DNA of 64,000 bases, from NCBI GenBank assembly GCA_963736855.1, contig CAVTQK010000014.1:8654-72653 (forward strand). The letters are read 5' to 3'. Below are positions 23,147 to 33,299 of the stretch, piece by piece. The notes below the pieces were generated by a model. It saw only the letters and a list, made by a program, of their open reading frames with translations, was not told the DNA's origin and made no database searches. A program made the position numbers and the translations under genes. The stretch is from an uncultured delta proteobacterium (GTDB lineage Bacteria; Desulfobacterota; Desulfobacteria; Desulfobacterales; UBA2156). The first letter of the stretch is position 1. Each line of letters opens with the position of its first letter.

Positions 23147-24281
23147 CGCGACTCCTTTGAGAATGCGGTCCGCTGCGGCCCAGAAGATCGGCCAGGGCGC
23201 GGATAAACGCCTCCATGACTTCCTTATGGGAAAGCGTGACACGAATCCAGTTGGGAAATCGAAAGCCGGTCATGGTGCGGATCATGACCCCCTGGGTCAT
23301 CAACTGCCGGTATGCCAGGGTGTCGCTCATGGGGAGCCTGATCATCATGAAATTTCCCTCGTTGCAGAGAAATTCCAGCCCCAGCGCATTCAATTGTTCT
23401 GACAGAAAGGCCTTGCTTTCCCGGACCAGCTCCCGGCTGCGATGGATGTGGCCGTCATCATCGAGGGCGGCCAGGGCGGCCTCCTGGGCCAGCACATTGA
23501 CGGAATAGACCACGCAGGTTTTCCGGATGACATCCACCACGTCCCGGGTCCCCGCCAGATACCCGATCCGAAGGCCGGCCAGGGCATACATTTTGGAAAA
23601 GGTTCGGAATATCACCAGATTCGGATAGTTTTGGATCATCCGGATACCGTCCGGGTAGTCCTCCTTCTCCACGAATTCGCAGTAGGCTTCGTCAACCACC
23701 ACGATCTGACGGCCGCCGATCCGATCCAGAAACCGGGTCAGCCGGTCCATGCCCCAGTAGGTTCCGGTGGGGTTGTTGGGATTGCACAGGAAAAGGATTT
23801 TCGTGCGATTGTCGATTCCTGCCAGCATCCCTTCATCGTCGAATCCGAAATTTTTAAGCGGCACCAGGCGGGCTTCCATTCCCGAAAACTGGGCGACCCA
23901 TTCATAAACGGCAAAGGTTTTATCCGCGGTGATGATGTTGTCCCCCTCCTGGCAGAAGGCTTTGATGACAAAGGCGATCACTTCATTGGCGCCGTTTCCC
24001 ACGATGAACTGATCCGGATGGAGGCCGAATCTATCCGCCAGCCGGTGTCGGAGATCGTAGGCGTCGCCGCTCGGATAGACGGATGCCCGGGGCGGCGGAA
24101 AACCGTCGATGACCTTGCGGGCGGCCGTCGGGGGCCCCAATGGGTTTTCATTGTTGTTGAGCCGGTGCAGAACGCGGCAGCCGAAAAATTTTTTAAGCTC
24201 GTGATCCGGTTTGCTGGGAATATAGGCCTCAAAGCCTTTCAGATATTCCGGGACGAGTCTTTCGAGGGGCAGGCGGATCAT
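23136..24281 (-). CDS. HisC-family (class I/II) PLP aminotransferase
   Basis: NENPLG, NPNNPTG, DEAY, RTFSKMYALAGLRIGY. Confidence 0.88.
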   Translation of the reverse strand: MIRLPLERLVPEYLKGFEAYIPSKPDHELKKFFGCRVLHRLNNNENPLGPPTAARKVIDGFPPPRASVYPSGDAYDLRHRLADRFGLHPDQFIVGNGANEVIAFVIKAFCQEGDNIITADKTFAVYEWVAQFSGMEARLVPLKNFGFDDEGMLAGIDNRTKILFLCNPNNPTGTYWGMDRLTRFLDRIGGRQIVVVDEAYCEFVEKEDYPDGIRMIQNYPNLVIFRTFSKMYALAGLRIGYLAGTRDVVDVIRKTCVVYSVNVLAQEAALAALDDDGHIHRSRELVRESKAFLSEQLNALGLEFLCNEGNFMMIRLPMSDTLAYRQLMTQGVMIRTMTGFRFPNWIRVTLSHKEVMEAFIRALADLLGRSGPHSQRSRDAS

Positions 24282-25600
24282 GTTTCGGATGCATCCAACT
24301 GAAAAATGGCGATGTCTCCGTCCCCTGCATACGGAAGCACCGCCCTAGGGGTGAATCCCTGTTCGAGAAGGTGAGGTGTGAAAAGCGTCTGCCGGGGGTG
24401 GGCAAGATCCATGAAGAAAAAAACGCCTGTCGCCGGCTCCTTGGCCAGCACCTGCACATGGCTGCGGATGTTTTCCTTAGCATCCGTACCGAACTGCAAA
24501 GGCCTGATCGTCACCTGGGCCTGGGGGCGGTCGAATTCCGTCCAGAGGACCGAGAATGCCGGCATCGACTCTCCAAAATCTCTTACCGTTAAAATTTCAC
24601 GGGGTAAAAATAATCGCCTGTACTCCTGTTGTAAAAAGGATTCCAAATCCGGATGGCACCAGACCGACGTGCCGGGGTCCTCCTTCATCTGTCGGAAATA
24701 GGCGGTCCGTGTGATACGTGTCCCCTCCGGTAAAAATCCCATCCAGCCGCCCAGCCGTTCAAAGTGTTTCAGAGGCAGCTCATCGGTGGGGTATTGGTTG
24801 ATGAGGCAAACGGCCTGGGTTTTGGCAATGTCGCCGATGCAGGCGTCAATGAGTTCTTCAGCCATGGGATGAGGAGACCGCTGGTTGAAAATATAGGGAC
24901 CGAAACATTCGACGGTTTTGATGCCGTACCAGTGCCACAAAATACACCCACCGATCCGATCGCCGTCTCCTTTGGCAAGGGCCGCCCGGTACTCGCCGCA
25001 GGCCACCATGTCCGACACCTTCCCGGGGAATCTGAAAAGAGACGGGATCGACTGCTGCGGATACGCCTGGGTGATCCACTGGGAGACCAGCTTGAGTTCC
25101 TCCTGGAGTGGAGCGACCACCGTAAACGAGTTCAAGGGGTGAGTCTGGATCGATTCGGTTTTCAATACGACGGGATAGGCTTTTTCCTTGATCAGGCTCA
25201 ACCGGGCCCCGCCGCCGTCGGTCTCTGAAAACTGCAGCCGGTCCACCAGGCGGGAAGCAATCCGCAATCCCATCTCCTCCAGATCGCCCTCGTCCGTGAG
25301 CGAAACGGAAGCGGTCAGGTTGAAGGCGCGCATGTTGAAGGCGCGGGTGGAAAGGAAAAAATCGATCCGAACATAATACCCGCCCCCCAGGCAGCGGATA
25401 TCAACCGTCTGGGCGTTGCGATCCGCTTTGCAAAGATAAGCAAAGACTTCCTCGATGGCCAGGGTCAACTCGGTTGCCTGGGTTGGGGCGAGCCCGAAGA
25501 TCTGGGCGCCTTTCTCGACGAAGGCAGTCACCACCGGAAGGAACATCTCGTCGCTGCGAACCTGCAAACGCACGGCATTCTCCTGTTCGATGGGCGTCAT
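24278..25600 (-). CDS. Protein with a degenerate RsbW-like HATPase N-terminus and a putative GNAT-like C-terminal region
   Basis: ELTLAIEE and EMGLRIASRLVD resemble HATPase_c_2 boxes; C-terminal assignment is tentative. Confidence 0.5.
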   Translation of the reverse strand: MTPIEQENAVRLQVRSDEMFLPVVTAFVEKGAQIFGLAPTQATELTLAIEEVFAYLCKADRNAQTVDIRCLGGGYYVRIDFFLSTRAFNMRAFNLTASVSLTDEGDLEEMGLRIASRLVDRLQFSETDGGGARLSLIKEKAYPVVLKTESIQTHPLNSFTVVAPLQEELKLVSQWITQAYPQQSIPSLFRFPGKVSDMVACGEYRAALAKGDGDRIGGCILWHWYGIKTVECFGPYIFNQRSPHPMAEELIDACIGDIAKTQAVCLINQYPTDELPLKHFERLGGWMGFLPEGTRITRTAYFRQMKEDPGTSVWCHPDLESFLQQEYRRLFLPREILTVRDFGESMPAFSVLWTEFDRPQAQVTIRPLQFGTDAKENIRSHVQVLAKEPATGVFFFMDLAHPRQTLFTPHLLEQGFTPRAVLPYAGDGDIAIFQLDASET

Positions 25601-25628
25601 GATTGGGTTTCCTCTCTGGGATATCGCA

Positions 25629-27557
25629 TCAGGGTTGCGATCCGCCGTTGAATCTCAAGGCCATCATGGTGATGTCATCGGCCTGGGGCGCGCCTTTGGC
25701 AAAGGTATCGATGGACTCCATCACCTCGGCTACGATCTCTTTCACCGACCGATCTCCCAGCTCCGACAACCGGCTTTCCAGGCGTGCCTCCGAAAACAGC
25801 TCGTCTTCGGCGTTCATGGCTTCCGTCACGCCGTCGGTATACAAAAAGAGGGTTTCGCCCTTTTCGAGGCGGATCGTTTTCGATTGATACTGAAAACCCT
25901 CTTCCACACCGAGGATCAACCCACCGGTCGGTTCCAGGATTCTCGGCCCCCCTTTTTTTTCGTTCAAAATATAGGGAGAGTTATGACCCGCATTGCTGTA
26001 TTGAATCTCCCCGGTCCGGATATCCAGGATGCCCAGGATAAGGGTGACGAACATCATGGAGGGATTCTCGAGCGACAGGTCTTCGTTGACCCGGGTCAAG
26101 ACGGTTCCAGGGCTCATGACCTGAACGGCTTTGGTTTTGATCAGGGTGCGGGTTATCGCCATAAACAGCGCTGCCGGAACTCCTTTTCCGGATACGTCTC
26201 CGACGGCAAAACAAAGGTGATGGTCGTCCATTAAAAAGAAATCGTATAAATCACCACCCACCTCTTTTGCCGGAGTGATGGCAGCATAAATGTCGAATTC
26301 CGTGCGCTCAGGGAAAGGCGGAAAGGTCTTGGGAAGCATTCCCATCTGAATATCATGGGCGATTTTCAGTTCACTCTCGATCCGCTCCTTGGCTGCAGTC
26401 GTCTCCGTCAACTGCCGAATATATTGTTGAAGTGATGTTTTCATCGCGGCGAAAGAGGCGGTGAGGCGCCCCACTTCATCGCCGCTTGTAATGGCCGGAA
26501 GTTCGATATCCAGGTTGCCCACAGCGACATGCTCGGTGGCCCTGGAAAGCGCCCTGATGGGACGGGTGATCGTTCCGGCAATCCAGACAATGACTCCCAG
26601 GATGATAAAAAAGCCGGTTATCCCCAAAAAGAGCACCGTACCGGTCAACCGCCTGATGTCCGCCATCAGTTCATTCTGAGGGAACAAAACAGCCAGGGAC
26701 CAGCCGTTGGTGGCCAGCGGCGCGTAAACCATCCAGCACTGCTTCCCTGTAAAGAGGCTGCGAAACTGGGTAAAACCGGTTTTTCCCCCGATCATCTGTC
26801 GTCCCAACTCGCGCATGCTTTCATCTTTTCGGTCTTCGGCAACACTGAAGATCGTCTCATTCATCACGAGCTTCGGATCCGGATGGGTAACAAAAGTGCC
26901 GTTCCTGGACAGGATGAATCCGTATCCCGTTTCGGCGATCTTGATGGAACTGACGATCTTCTGGAGCCATTCCAGGGAAACATCCGCAGTGATCACTCCC
27001 ATGAATTTTCGATTTCCATCGACGGTTCGATAAATCGGAACCGAATAGGTGGATGTTACGATATCGCCGGCGCTTTCCCCGTAATAAGGTTCGGTCCATG
27101 CAGGGCGATCCAGCTCTTTCGGGATTTGATACCAGTCCCAATAAATATAATCATAGTTAAGATAAGTCAGCCTCAGTTCATTTCGATACTTATAGCAATA
27201 AGGGGCAAGGGTTCGTTGGCCTCTGCCCATGGCATTTTCCTCATAGGCGATGGTGGCGCCGTAGATTTCCGGATTGTTGCCCACGACCATTCGGAGCAGA
27301 TCGTTGATCTCCGTTGAAAGGATTGGAGCGCTTTCCATGAATGATGCCACGTTTCCGGGAACTTTCTCGATGGATCTCAAAACCATGTCGATACGGTTGA
27401 CCGTTGCATTAGCCATATTATATGCATTTTTTTCGATATTTTGGATGATAATGCGACGGGAGATCGCATAATTGTAAGCGAAGATAGCGGCAAAAATGAC
27501 CGTGATACTCGCCAGGATCAAAACCGTGAGTTTGAGCGCAAGCCCTCTATTTTTCAT
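25629..27557 (-). CDS. Cache-HAMP-SpoIIE (RsbU-type PP2C) membrane sensor phosphatase
   Basis: TM, WTEPY Cache, HAMP (DEVGRL), VGGDLYD, GDVSGKG, LYTDGVTEA, DDIT. Confidence 0.92.
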   Translation of the reverse strand: MKNRGLALKLTVLILASITVIFAAIFAYNYAISRRIIIQNIEKNAYNMANATVNRIDMVLRSIEKVPGNVASFMESAPILSTEINDLLRMVVGNNPEIYGATIAYEENAMGRGQRTLAPYCYKYRNELRLTYLNYDYIYWDWYQIPKELDRPAWTEPYYGESAGDIVTSTYSVPIYRTVDGNRKFMGVITADVSLEWLQKIVSSIKIAETGYGFILSRNGTFVTHPDPKLVMNETIFSVAEDRKDESMRELGRQMIGGKTGFTQFRSLFTGKQCWMVYAPLATNGWSLAVLFPQNELMADIRRLTGTVLFLGITGFFIILGVIVWIAGTITRPIRALSRATEHVAVGNLDIELPAITSGDEVGRLTASFAAMKTSLQQYIRQLTETTAAKERIESELKIAHDIQMGMLPKTFPPFPERTEFDIYAAITPAKEVGGDLYDFFLMDDHHLCFAVGDVSGKGVPAALFMAITRTLIKTKAVQVMSPGTVLTRVNEDLSLENPSMMFVTLILGILDIRTGEIQYSNAGHNSPYILNEKKGGPRILEPTGGLILGVEEGFQYQSKTIRLEKGETLFLYTDGVTEAMNAEDELFSEARLESRLSELGDRSVKEIVAEVMESIDTFAKGAPQADDITMMALRFNGGSQP

Positions 27558-28626
27558 GGCAATTGTAGTAAAAGGCGGGATACGTGGGAATTTGACGAAT
27601 CAGATCGTTTTCCATCAATCCGGTGGCGACACGAAGATAGTCTTCCGGTTTCAACAACCCCATAGTAACAGTCGGGTCATCGGGAAGCATCAAATCCTTC
27701 ATTCGTTCGAACATCCATTTTTGGTGAACCCGGGTGGCCGGGATGTACGCCCGTTGCAGATTCATCATGACGGTGTCCAGTGTCTCCTTTGGATGCTCGA
27801 AAGCATAGCGCCACCCTTCCAGCGAAGCCCGAACAAATGCCTTGCACAACTCCGGGTCTTTTACATAGGTCTCTTCGAGGGCGTAAATGCCGTCTTCAGG
27901 AAAGTTCAGTCCATACTCATGGAAAAAGAAAGTGGCCAATTCATCGGCATTGAATCCTGCATTGAGGATGGTATGATATTCATTATACCACATGGCTGAA
28001 GCGATATCCACACCATCCCGTAAAAAGAGGTTCACCGAAAAGGATTGCCGCACCACATGGACATCCAGGTTGTATTTCTTGAAAAACGCCTTCGGCTGAA
28101 CCTGAAAAATCGGTCCCCAGAGACCCGCTTTTTTCCCGTTCATATCTTCAGGCCGTTGAATTCCTCTGCTTTTTTTGGCGATCAACATCAAGGCGGATCG
28201 CTGCATGGTTTGAGCGAGATTGACTACCGGGATGCCCTGATCCCGCATCTGAATGGCTGAGGACAGCCAAAGGGTGGCAAAATCGGCTTTCCGGTCCTTT
28301 AAATATTGTCCGGAAGAGCGATCGGGACCTCCGGTAATGATGGTCAGGTCGATGCCGTGTTTCCGGTAGATTCCTTGCTGAAAGGCCACATAATATCCGG
28401 CAAATTGCGCCTGGGGGACCCACTGGGGGATAAAGGTCGCCTTTTTGAGGTCCTCGGCCCTGACGTCAGGGACAAAAACCACTCCGAAGAGTCCTGAAAC
28501 CAGAAGGATGTTCAGAAGTGAAAAAAACAGATTCGCTAACCGAAAGGATGAAGATGGCATCGGCAGGAAAAGCCCGCCGAGTTTAAATCCACGGCGCGTC
28601 CGGCCGTCGTTCGGATGCAGCTTCAT
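27547..28626 (-). CDS. NMT1/THI5-like periplasmic binding protein
   Basis: QWVPQAQFAGYYVA, AMWYNE, FVRASLEGW. Confidence 0.85.
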   Translation of the reverse strand: MKLHPNDGRTRRGFKLGGLFLPMPSSSFRLANLFFSLLNILLVSGLFGVVFVPDVRAEDLKKATFIPQWVPQAQFAGYYVAFQQGIYRKHGIDLTIITGGPDRSSGQYLKDRKADFATLWLSSAIQMRDQGIPVVNLAQTMQRSALMLIAKKSRGIQRPEDMNGKKAGLWGPIFQVQPKAFFKKYNLDVHVVRQSFSVNLFLRDGVDIASAMWYNEYHTILNAGFNADELATFFFHEYGLNFPEDGIYALEETYVKDPELCKAFVRASLEGWRYAFEHPKETLDTVMMNLQRAYIPATRVHQKWMFERMKDLMLPDDPTVTMGLLKPEDYLRVATGLMENDLIRQIPTYPAFYYNCHEK

Positions 28627-28643
28627 GATCTTTAGAGGGGCAC

Positions 28644-28976
28644 CTACATGTTTTCAAGGGCGTCTTCTACCCTTTCGTATATCGCCAAAATCGCATTGAA
28701 CCCTGAAATTTCGAACACGTTTTTCGCCACTCCCGTAAGAGCCGCTACAGAAAGGACGCCGTTTCCTTGCTTAAGCCGTTTTGAAACGTAAAGAATGCTT
28801 CGTAGCCCGGCGCTGGAGATGTAATTGAGCTGGCCGCCATCAATAACCACAATCGTATTTCCCTGGTCGACAAACTCCAAAAGGCGCTTTTCAAAATCAG
28901 GTGCCGAGACCGCATCCAGTCTGCCGGCAACTGACACGACCAATCCCTTCCTCTCTCTTCTGGCATAAATTTCCAC
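28644..28976 (-). CDS. STAS anti-sigma factor antagonist (RsbV-like)
   Basis: GRLDA, YISSAGLR, VFEISGF; GTG start with AGGAGAGG RBS. Confidence 0.9.
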   Translation of the reverse strand: MEIYARRERKGLVVSVAGRLDAVSAPDFEKRLLEFVDQGNTIVVIDGGQLNYISSAGLRSILYVSKRLKQGNGVLSVAALTGVAKNVFEISGFNAILAIYERVEDALENM

Positions 28977-29238
28977 GGGCCCTCTCCTGTTTCCCAGCAT
29001 CCGCGTCTCAGCCGGTGGTTTTATTTTTCCGATGCATGCCGCCAAAAACGGCGATTGCGCATCGGCTTTCAGCTCCAGCCCAACCTTTCGAGACGTCGAT
29101 TTAAACCAAAAAATGAATGTCTATTTCGATAAATGAAGCGAGTGTTGTTGTCAATCACAGTTTTGTGGGATTGGGTTAAAAGGCCGTGCCGACTCGAATC
29201 CGTCACGCTTTTCGGGTCTGTCGTATCGTCTTGGAAAG

Positions 29239-29395
29239 TTGATGAAATCGTAAAAATTCAAAACTGGGATAGCAAAGTAAAAAGCTTCAGATGCAAGGCG
29301 CGCAAATCCTGAGGAATGAGGCGTACATATGGGTACGCCGCAATGACGAAGGATGCAGTGCAACGCAGCAAATAAACTTTTTACGAAGCCAGCAA
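29239..29395. repeat. Non-coding palindromic dispersed repeat (MITE/REP-like)
   Basis: Terminal TCGTAAAAA/TTTTTACGA, internal GGCGTAC..GTACGCC hairpin; resembles repeats frequent in Desulfobacterota intergenic DNA. Confidence 0.6.
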
Positions 29396-29542
29396 AAGTT
29401 AATTCATTGACATTCAAGGATGGACTGTTGAATATTGGAAAAGCTCAAGCGAAAACTGACACCCAAAGCTATCAGCAGGGAGTCAGCTTCCGCCTTATAG
29501 ACGATGGGAAATCGTCACGCTTTTTGCGGGAGTACACACCCG

Positions 29543-29956
29543 ATGCCGACAATCCGACTGGCCGCCGACTTACAAAACCTTGAAAAACTCGTGCAATTTG
29601 TTTCTTCCTTTGCCCGCAAACAGGGTTTCGACTCTAAGCGTTTGCAGGAGATCGAGTTGGGCACCGAGGAAGCCCTCGTCAACATCTTCAAGTATGCCTA
29701 TCCGGGCGATCAAACGGGGGATGTGGAAGTGAATTGCGAATACGAAAAGCAAGCCGGGCTTGTCATCACGCTAACGGACAGCGGAGTCCCCTTTGACATC
29801 AAGTCCCTTCCCCCGCCGGAGTTTAGTGCTGACATCACGGACCGTCCCATCGGCGGCCTGGGGGTGTATTTGATCCATAAAATGATGGATGATATCCGAT
29901 ACCGCCGTGACGGAAACAAAAATATCCTCGAGCTTTTCGCTAAAAAGAGAAAGTGA
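29543..29956 (+). CDS. RsbW-like anti-sigma factor Ser/Thr kinase
   Basis: EEALVNIFKYAY, DSGVPFD, GGLGVYLI..MDD. Confidence 0.9.
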   Translation: MPTIRLAADLQNLEKLVQFVSSFARKQGFDSKRLQEIELGTEEALVNIFKYAYPGDQTGDVEVNCEYEKQAGLVITLTDSGVPFDIKSLPPPEFSADITDRPIGGLGVYLIHKMMDDIRYRRDGNKNILELFAKKRK

Positions 29957-29992
29957 TCAATGGCCGGCTCCATCAGTCGTCGATTACGAAAA

Positions 29993-30264
29993 GGAACCGC
30001 TCAGTAACTAGGTTTTGAGGTCCTCGACCAATTTTTTCAGGATGATCCAGACCTTTTTTCCCCGTCTTCGGGCGATCTGGTGAGCGTCTTCCACCAGGGT
30101 TGCCGCCATTTCCGACAACCGGGACGCATCGGGCGGCGGGAGATTGGCTTTTTTATACCGCCATACCATCGGAATATCCGTTCGACATAAAACCGAATGC
30201 GCCCCCTGGGTTTTGCAGATGCACGATATTGAAAAATCCTTGGATGACCGGAACGGATCCATTA
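29993..30264. repeat. Chimeric near-identical duplicate of two downstream loci
   Basis: 29993-30168 matches about 35696-35872; 30169-30264 matches 37731-37826 (inside lspA); only scattered substitutions. Confidence 0.9.
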
Positions 30265-30895
30265 TGGGTTTGCCCGGGTCCGCTGCGGAGAGTGCGGTCA
30301 TGAAGTATCCCAAAGATCCTCAGACGCTATTTTCTGTTTGACCGCAAGCTGTTATCCGAGCTCAGCCGCTGCGGGTGGAAAAGCCTGAAGGATTATTTCA
30401 GTTTGGCCTCACGAAATTCAACCACAGTACCCGGCGCCGCCATCGCCATTCAAACATTCGGGGATTTTCTGGGGTTCAATCCCCACCTGCATGTGCTCAT
30501 TTCTGATGGATACTTCCACGAAAGCGGCATGCTCAACGTCGCACATCGGATCGATTGCCGGACTCTGGAGCGCCTCTTCAGACATCGCGTGCTCAAGATG
30601 CTTTTGGAAAAAGCCAAAATCACCCGGGATATGATCACCCTTCCGGATCAATGGCGGCATACCCTGTCTGCGCCTGCCTGTCGCGTTCACGACGCAGACA
30701 GGCGGCCTAGGCCCGAACGAGCCTGGTAAATGGCATCTTGCCGATAAAATCCGTATTGACAGTGGATTTCCCTTCAGTTAATCGAGAAGTTATACGCCAC
30801 GACAAATGTGTGTTCCCATATCTTGGGGTGCAGACGATGGTAAGACATAATTCATGCCCGTGCCTAACCCGTCCGCAAAAAAGCAACTTCTATCA
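30265..30895 (+). mobile_element. Internally deleted IS91-family (rolling-circle, HUH) transposase remnant with a degenerate ori end
   Basis: GFARVRCGECGHE zinc finger; PKILRRYFLFDRKLL; QTFGDFLGFNPHLHVLISDG HUH motif; AAAAGCAACTTCTATC near 30880 resembles oriIS. Confidence 0.8.
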
Positions 30896-31001
30896 CTTCA
30901 CTATCACTATCACTCACTTTTGAAAGAAGCGGTGGGAATGCTCTATGAATCTCTATTTCGTTTATGCTGTTTAAACATCAGGTTGAAAAGGAACAGCAAA
31001 C

Positions 31002-33164
31002 ATGGAAGTTGAAGCGAATTTGTTTCCCAACCTCCCACAGCGCCTCATAGGACTGGGTGAACTGGCTAAAAACCTCTGGTGGAGTTGGCATCCGGCGGCG
31101 AGGATGCTTTTTAAGAGGTTGGACCGCCAGGTATGGAAAGAAACAGGGCATAATCCGGATAAGACGCTCAAAGAACTGAAACGAGAGGTACTGGAGTCGG
31201 CCGCCCATGATCCGGATTACTTGAAGTGTTACGATGAAGTGCTTTCCAGATTCCGCAAAGACACCACCGAAGGGACCTGTTCTTATCTCCAGAACGCCGC
31301 GGCTCTAAATACGGACCCCGTGGCCTATTTTTCCGCGGAATTCGGGCTCCATCATTCCATTCCTTTCTACGCCGGGGGCCTAGGTTTTCTCGCTGGTGAT
31401 CTGCTCAAAGAGTGCAGTGATTTGAAGGTCCCTATCGTAGGCGTTGGATTCATGTATCCCGAGGGATACTTCCGTCAACACATCCGCGAAGACGGTTGGC
31501 AGGAACAGACTGATCAGATCCTTGACCGCGATGCGGCATCGATTACCAGGGTGATGAACGAAAAGGGAGAACAGGTCGTGGTCAAGGTCCCCTTGATGGA
31601 GCCTGCCATTTACGTGGCTGTGTGGAAAATATCGGTGGGTAAAGTGTGCCTTTTTCTCATGGACACCGACATCGAGATGAACGATCCCTGGAATCGGCAA
31701 ATATCCGCCCATCTGTATATCGGCGATATGGAGCACCGGTTGCGGCAGGAAATCGTTCTCGGAATCGGGGGATCTGAGGTGTTGGAAAAGCTCGAAATCA
31801 GGTATTCCGTCCTCCATCTCAACGAGGGCCACCCTGCTTTTGCCCTGTTGGAAGAAATCAGAGATCGGGTCCAGAGGGGGATGGGGTTCGAAGAAGCCTG
31901 TCACCAAGTCCGGGCGGTTACAGTCTTTACCACCCATACTCCAGTTGCCGCCGGCCATGATGTATTCCCTTTTTTTTTGATGGAAAAATATTTTCGTTCC
32001 TATTGGCCGTCACTTGGGCTCAATCACGATACGTTTCTGCAATTAGGGGCGCACCCCGAATATCCGGGGGCCGGTTTCAACATGACGGCTTTTGCTCTGA
32101 GGATGTCCGGTTATCGAAATGGGGTCAGTGAAAAACACGGGCAAGTGACCCGTCGTATGTGGCACAGTATATGGCCAGGGGTTCCGGAAGAAAAGGCGCC
32201 CATCGATCATGTGACCAACGGGGTTCATGTTCCCACTTGGATCGAACCCAAAATGGAACTCCTTTTTAACCAGTATCTGGGGCCTGACTGGTTGGAACAT
32301 CACGATGATCCGCAGCTTTGGGAATCCATTGAGAACATACCGGACGACGTGCTATGGAAGACCCACTACTGGCTAAAGATCAAACTGATCGACGCCATCC
32401 GGGAGCGATCCCGCCAGCGTTGGACCGAGGAACGCGTGAGCCCCTCCATTGCGTTGGCCGGAGGGGCCCTGTTGGATCCTTCCGTATTGACGATCGGTTT
32501 TGCCCGTCGCTTTGCCACATATAAGCGCGGGGATTTGCTGTTCCATGACATACCCCGTTTGAAGAAACTTCTCAATGATCGTTGGCAGCCCATACAGATT
32601 ATATTCGCCGGCAAGGCACACCCCGCGGACGATCCTGGTAAGCGCATACTTCAACGGGTATTCAATGCGACCCGTGACCCCGAGTTTGGAGGGCGGATCG
32701 CTTTTGTGGAAAACTATGGAGAGCAGTTCGCACAGTATATGGTTCACGGGGTGGACGTCTGGTTAAACAATCCTATTCCTCCCATGGAAGCCAGTGGAAC
32801 CAGCGGGATGAAGGCGGCGTTGAACGGGGTGCCACATTTAAGCATCCTGGATGGCTGGTGGGCGGAAGGATTCAATGAGAATAACGGCTGGGCTTTTGGA
32901 CCGGACACGGCGAACGCGAACCGCGATGAAGCAGATGCCGCAGCGGTCTATGACCTTCTCGGAAAAAGGGTCATTCCTCTGTATTACACGGTTGCAGACG
33001 ATGGGGTCCGTCATGACTGGGTGAAGGTCATGAAAGAGACCATCAAGAGCAATGCAGCCAAGTTTTCAGCCAGGAGAATGGTGAAGGAGTATATTCAGAA
33101 ATATTACGCCAATGCCTTGAAACAAGCACATCATTTTAGAGAGTCGATAAAGAAATTTGAGTGA
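31002..33164 (+). CDS. glgP: Alpha-glucan (glycogen) phosphorylase
   Basis: YFSAEFG, GGLGFLAGD, HLNEGH, FARRFATYKR, EASGTSGMK. Confidence 0.95.
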   Translation: MEVEANLFPNLPQRLIGLGELAKNLWWSWHPAARMLFKRLDRQVWKETGHNPDKTLKELKREVLESAAHDPDYLKCYDEVLSRFRKDTTEGTCSYLQNAAALNTDPVAYFSAEFGLHHSIPFYAGGLGFLAGDLLKECSDLKVPIVGVGFMYPEGYFRQHIREDGWQEQTDQILDRDAASITRVMNEKGEQVVVKVPLMEPAIYVAVWKISVGKVCLFLMDTDIEMNDPWNRQISAHLYIGDMEHRLRQEIVLGIGGSEVLEKLEIRYSVLHLNEGHPAFALLEEIRDRVQRGMGFEEACHQVRAVTVFTTHTPVAAGHDVFPFFLMEKYFRSYWPSLGLNHDTFLQLGAHPEYPGAGFNMTAFALRMSGYRNGVSEKHGQVTRRMWHSIWPGVPEEKAPIDHVTNGVHVPTWIEPKMELLFNQYLGPDWLEHHDDPQLWESIENIPDDVLWKTHYWLKIKLIDAIRERSRQRWTEERVSPSIALAGGALLDPSVLTIGFARRFATYKRGDLLFHDIPRLKKLLNDRWQPIQIIFAGKAHPADDPGKRILQRVFNATRDPEFGGRIAFVENYGEQFAQYMVHGVDVWLNNPIPPMEASGTSGMKAALNGVPHLSILDGWWAEGFNENNGWAFGPDTANANRDEADAAAVYDLLGKRVIPLYYTVADDGVRHDWVKVMKETIKSNAAKFSARRMVKEYIQKYYANALKQAHHFRESIKKFE

Positions 33165-33299
33165 TGAACGGGCACTACGCATTTTTCTGGCGGCGCGACG
33201 GAAGACATCGTGGGGTGCGAGGCATGTCATGACAAAAAATGATACTTTTCGTTGCGGTTTCATCAGGAATAATGAAATAAGGAATTGATTCATATCCAT

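Noticed and set aside
29993..30264. Diversity-generating retroelement TR/VR pair
   Set aside because: Differences between the copies are not adenine-specific and there is no reverse transcriptase in the window
30008..30313. 101-aa minus-strand ORF as a real gene
   Set aside because: Chance read-through across the IS91/lspA/hypothetical-gene chimera
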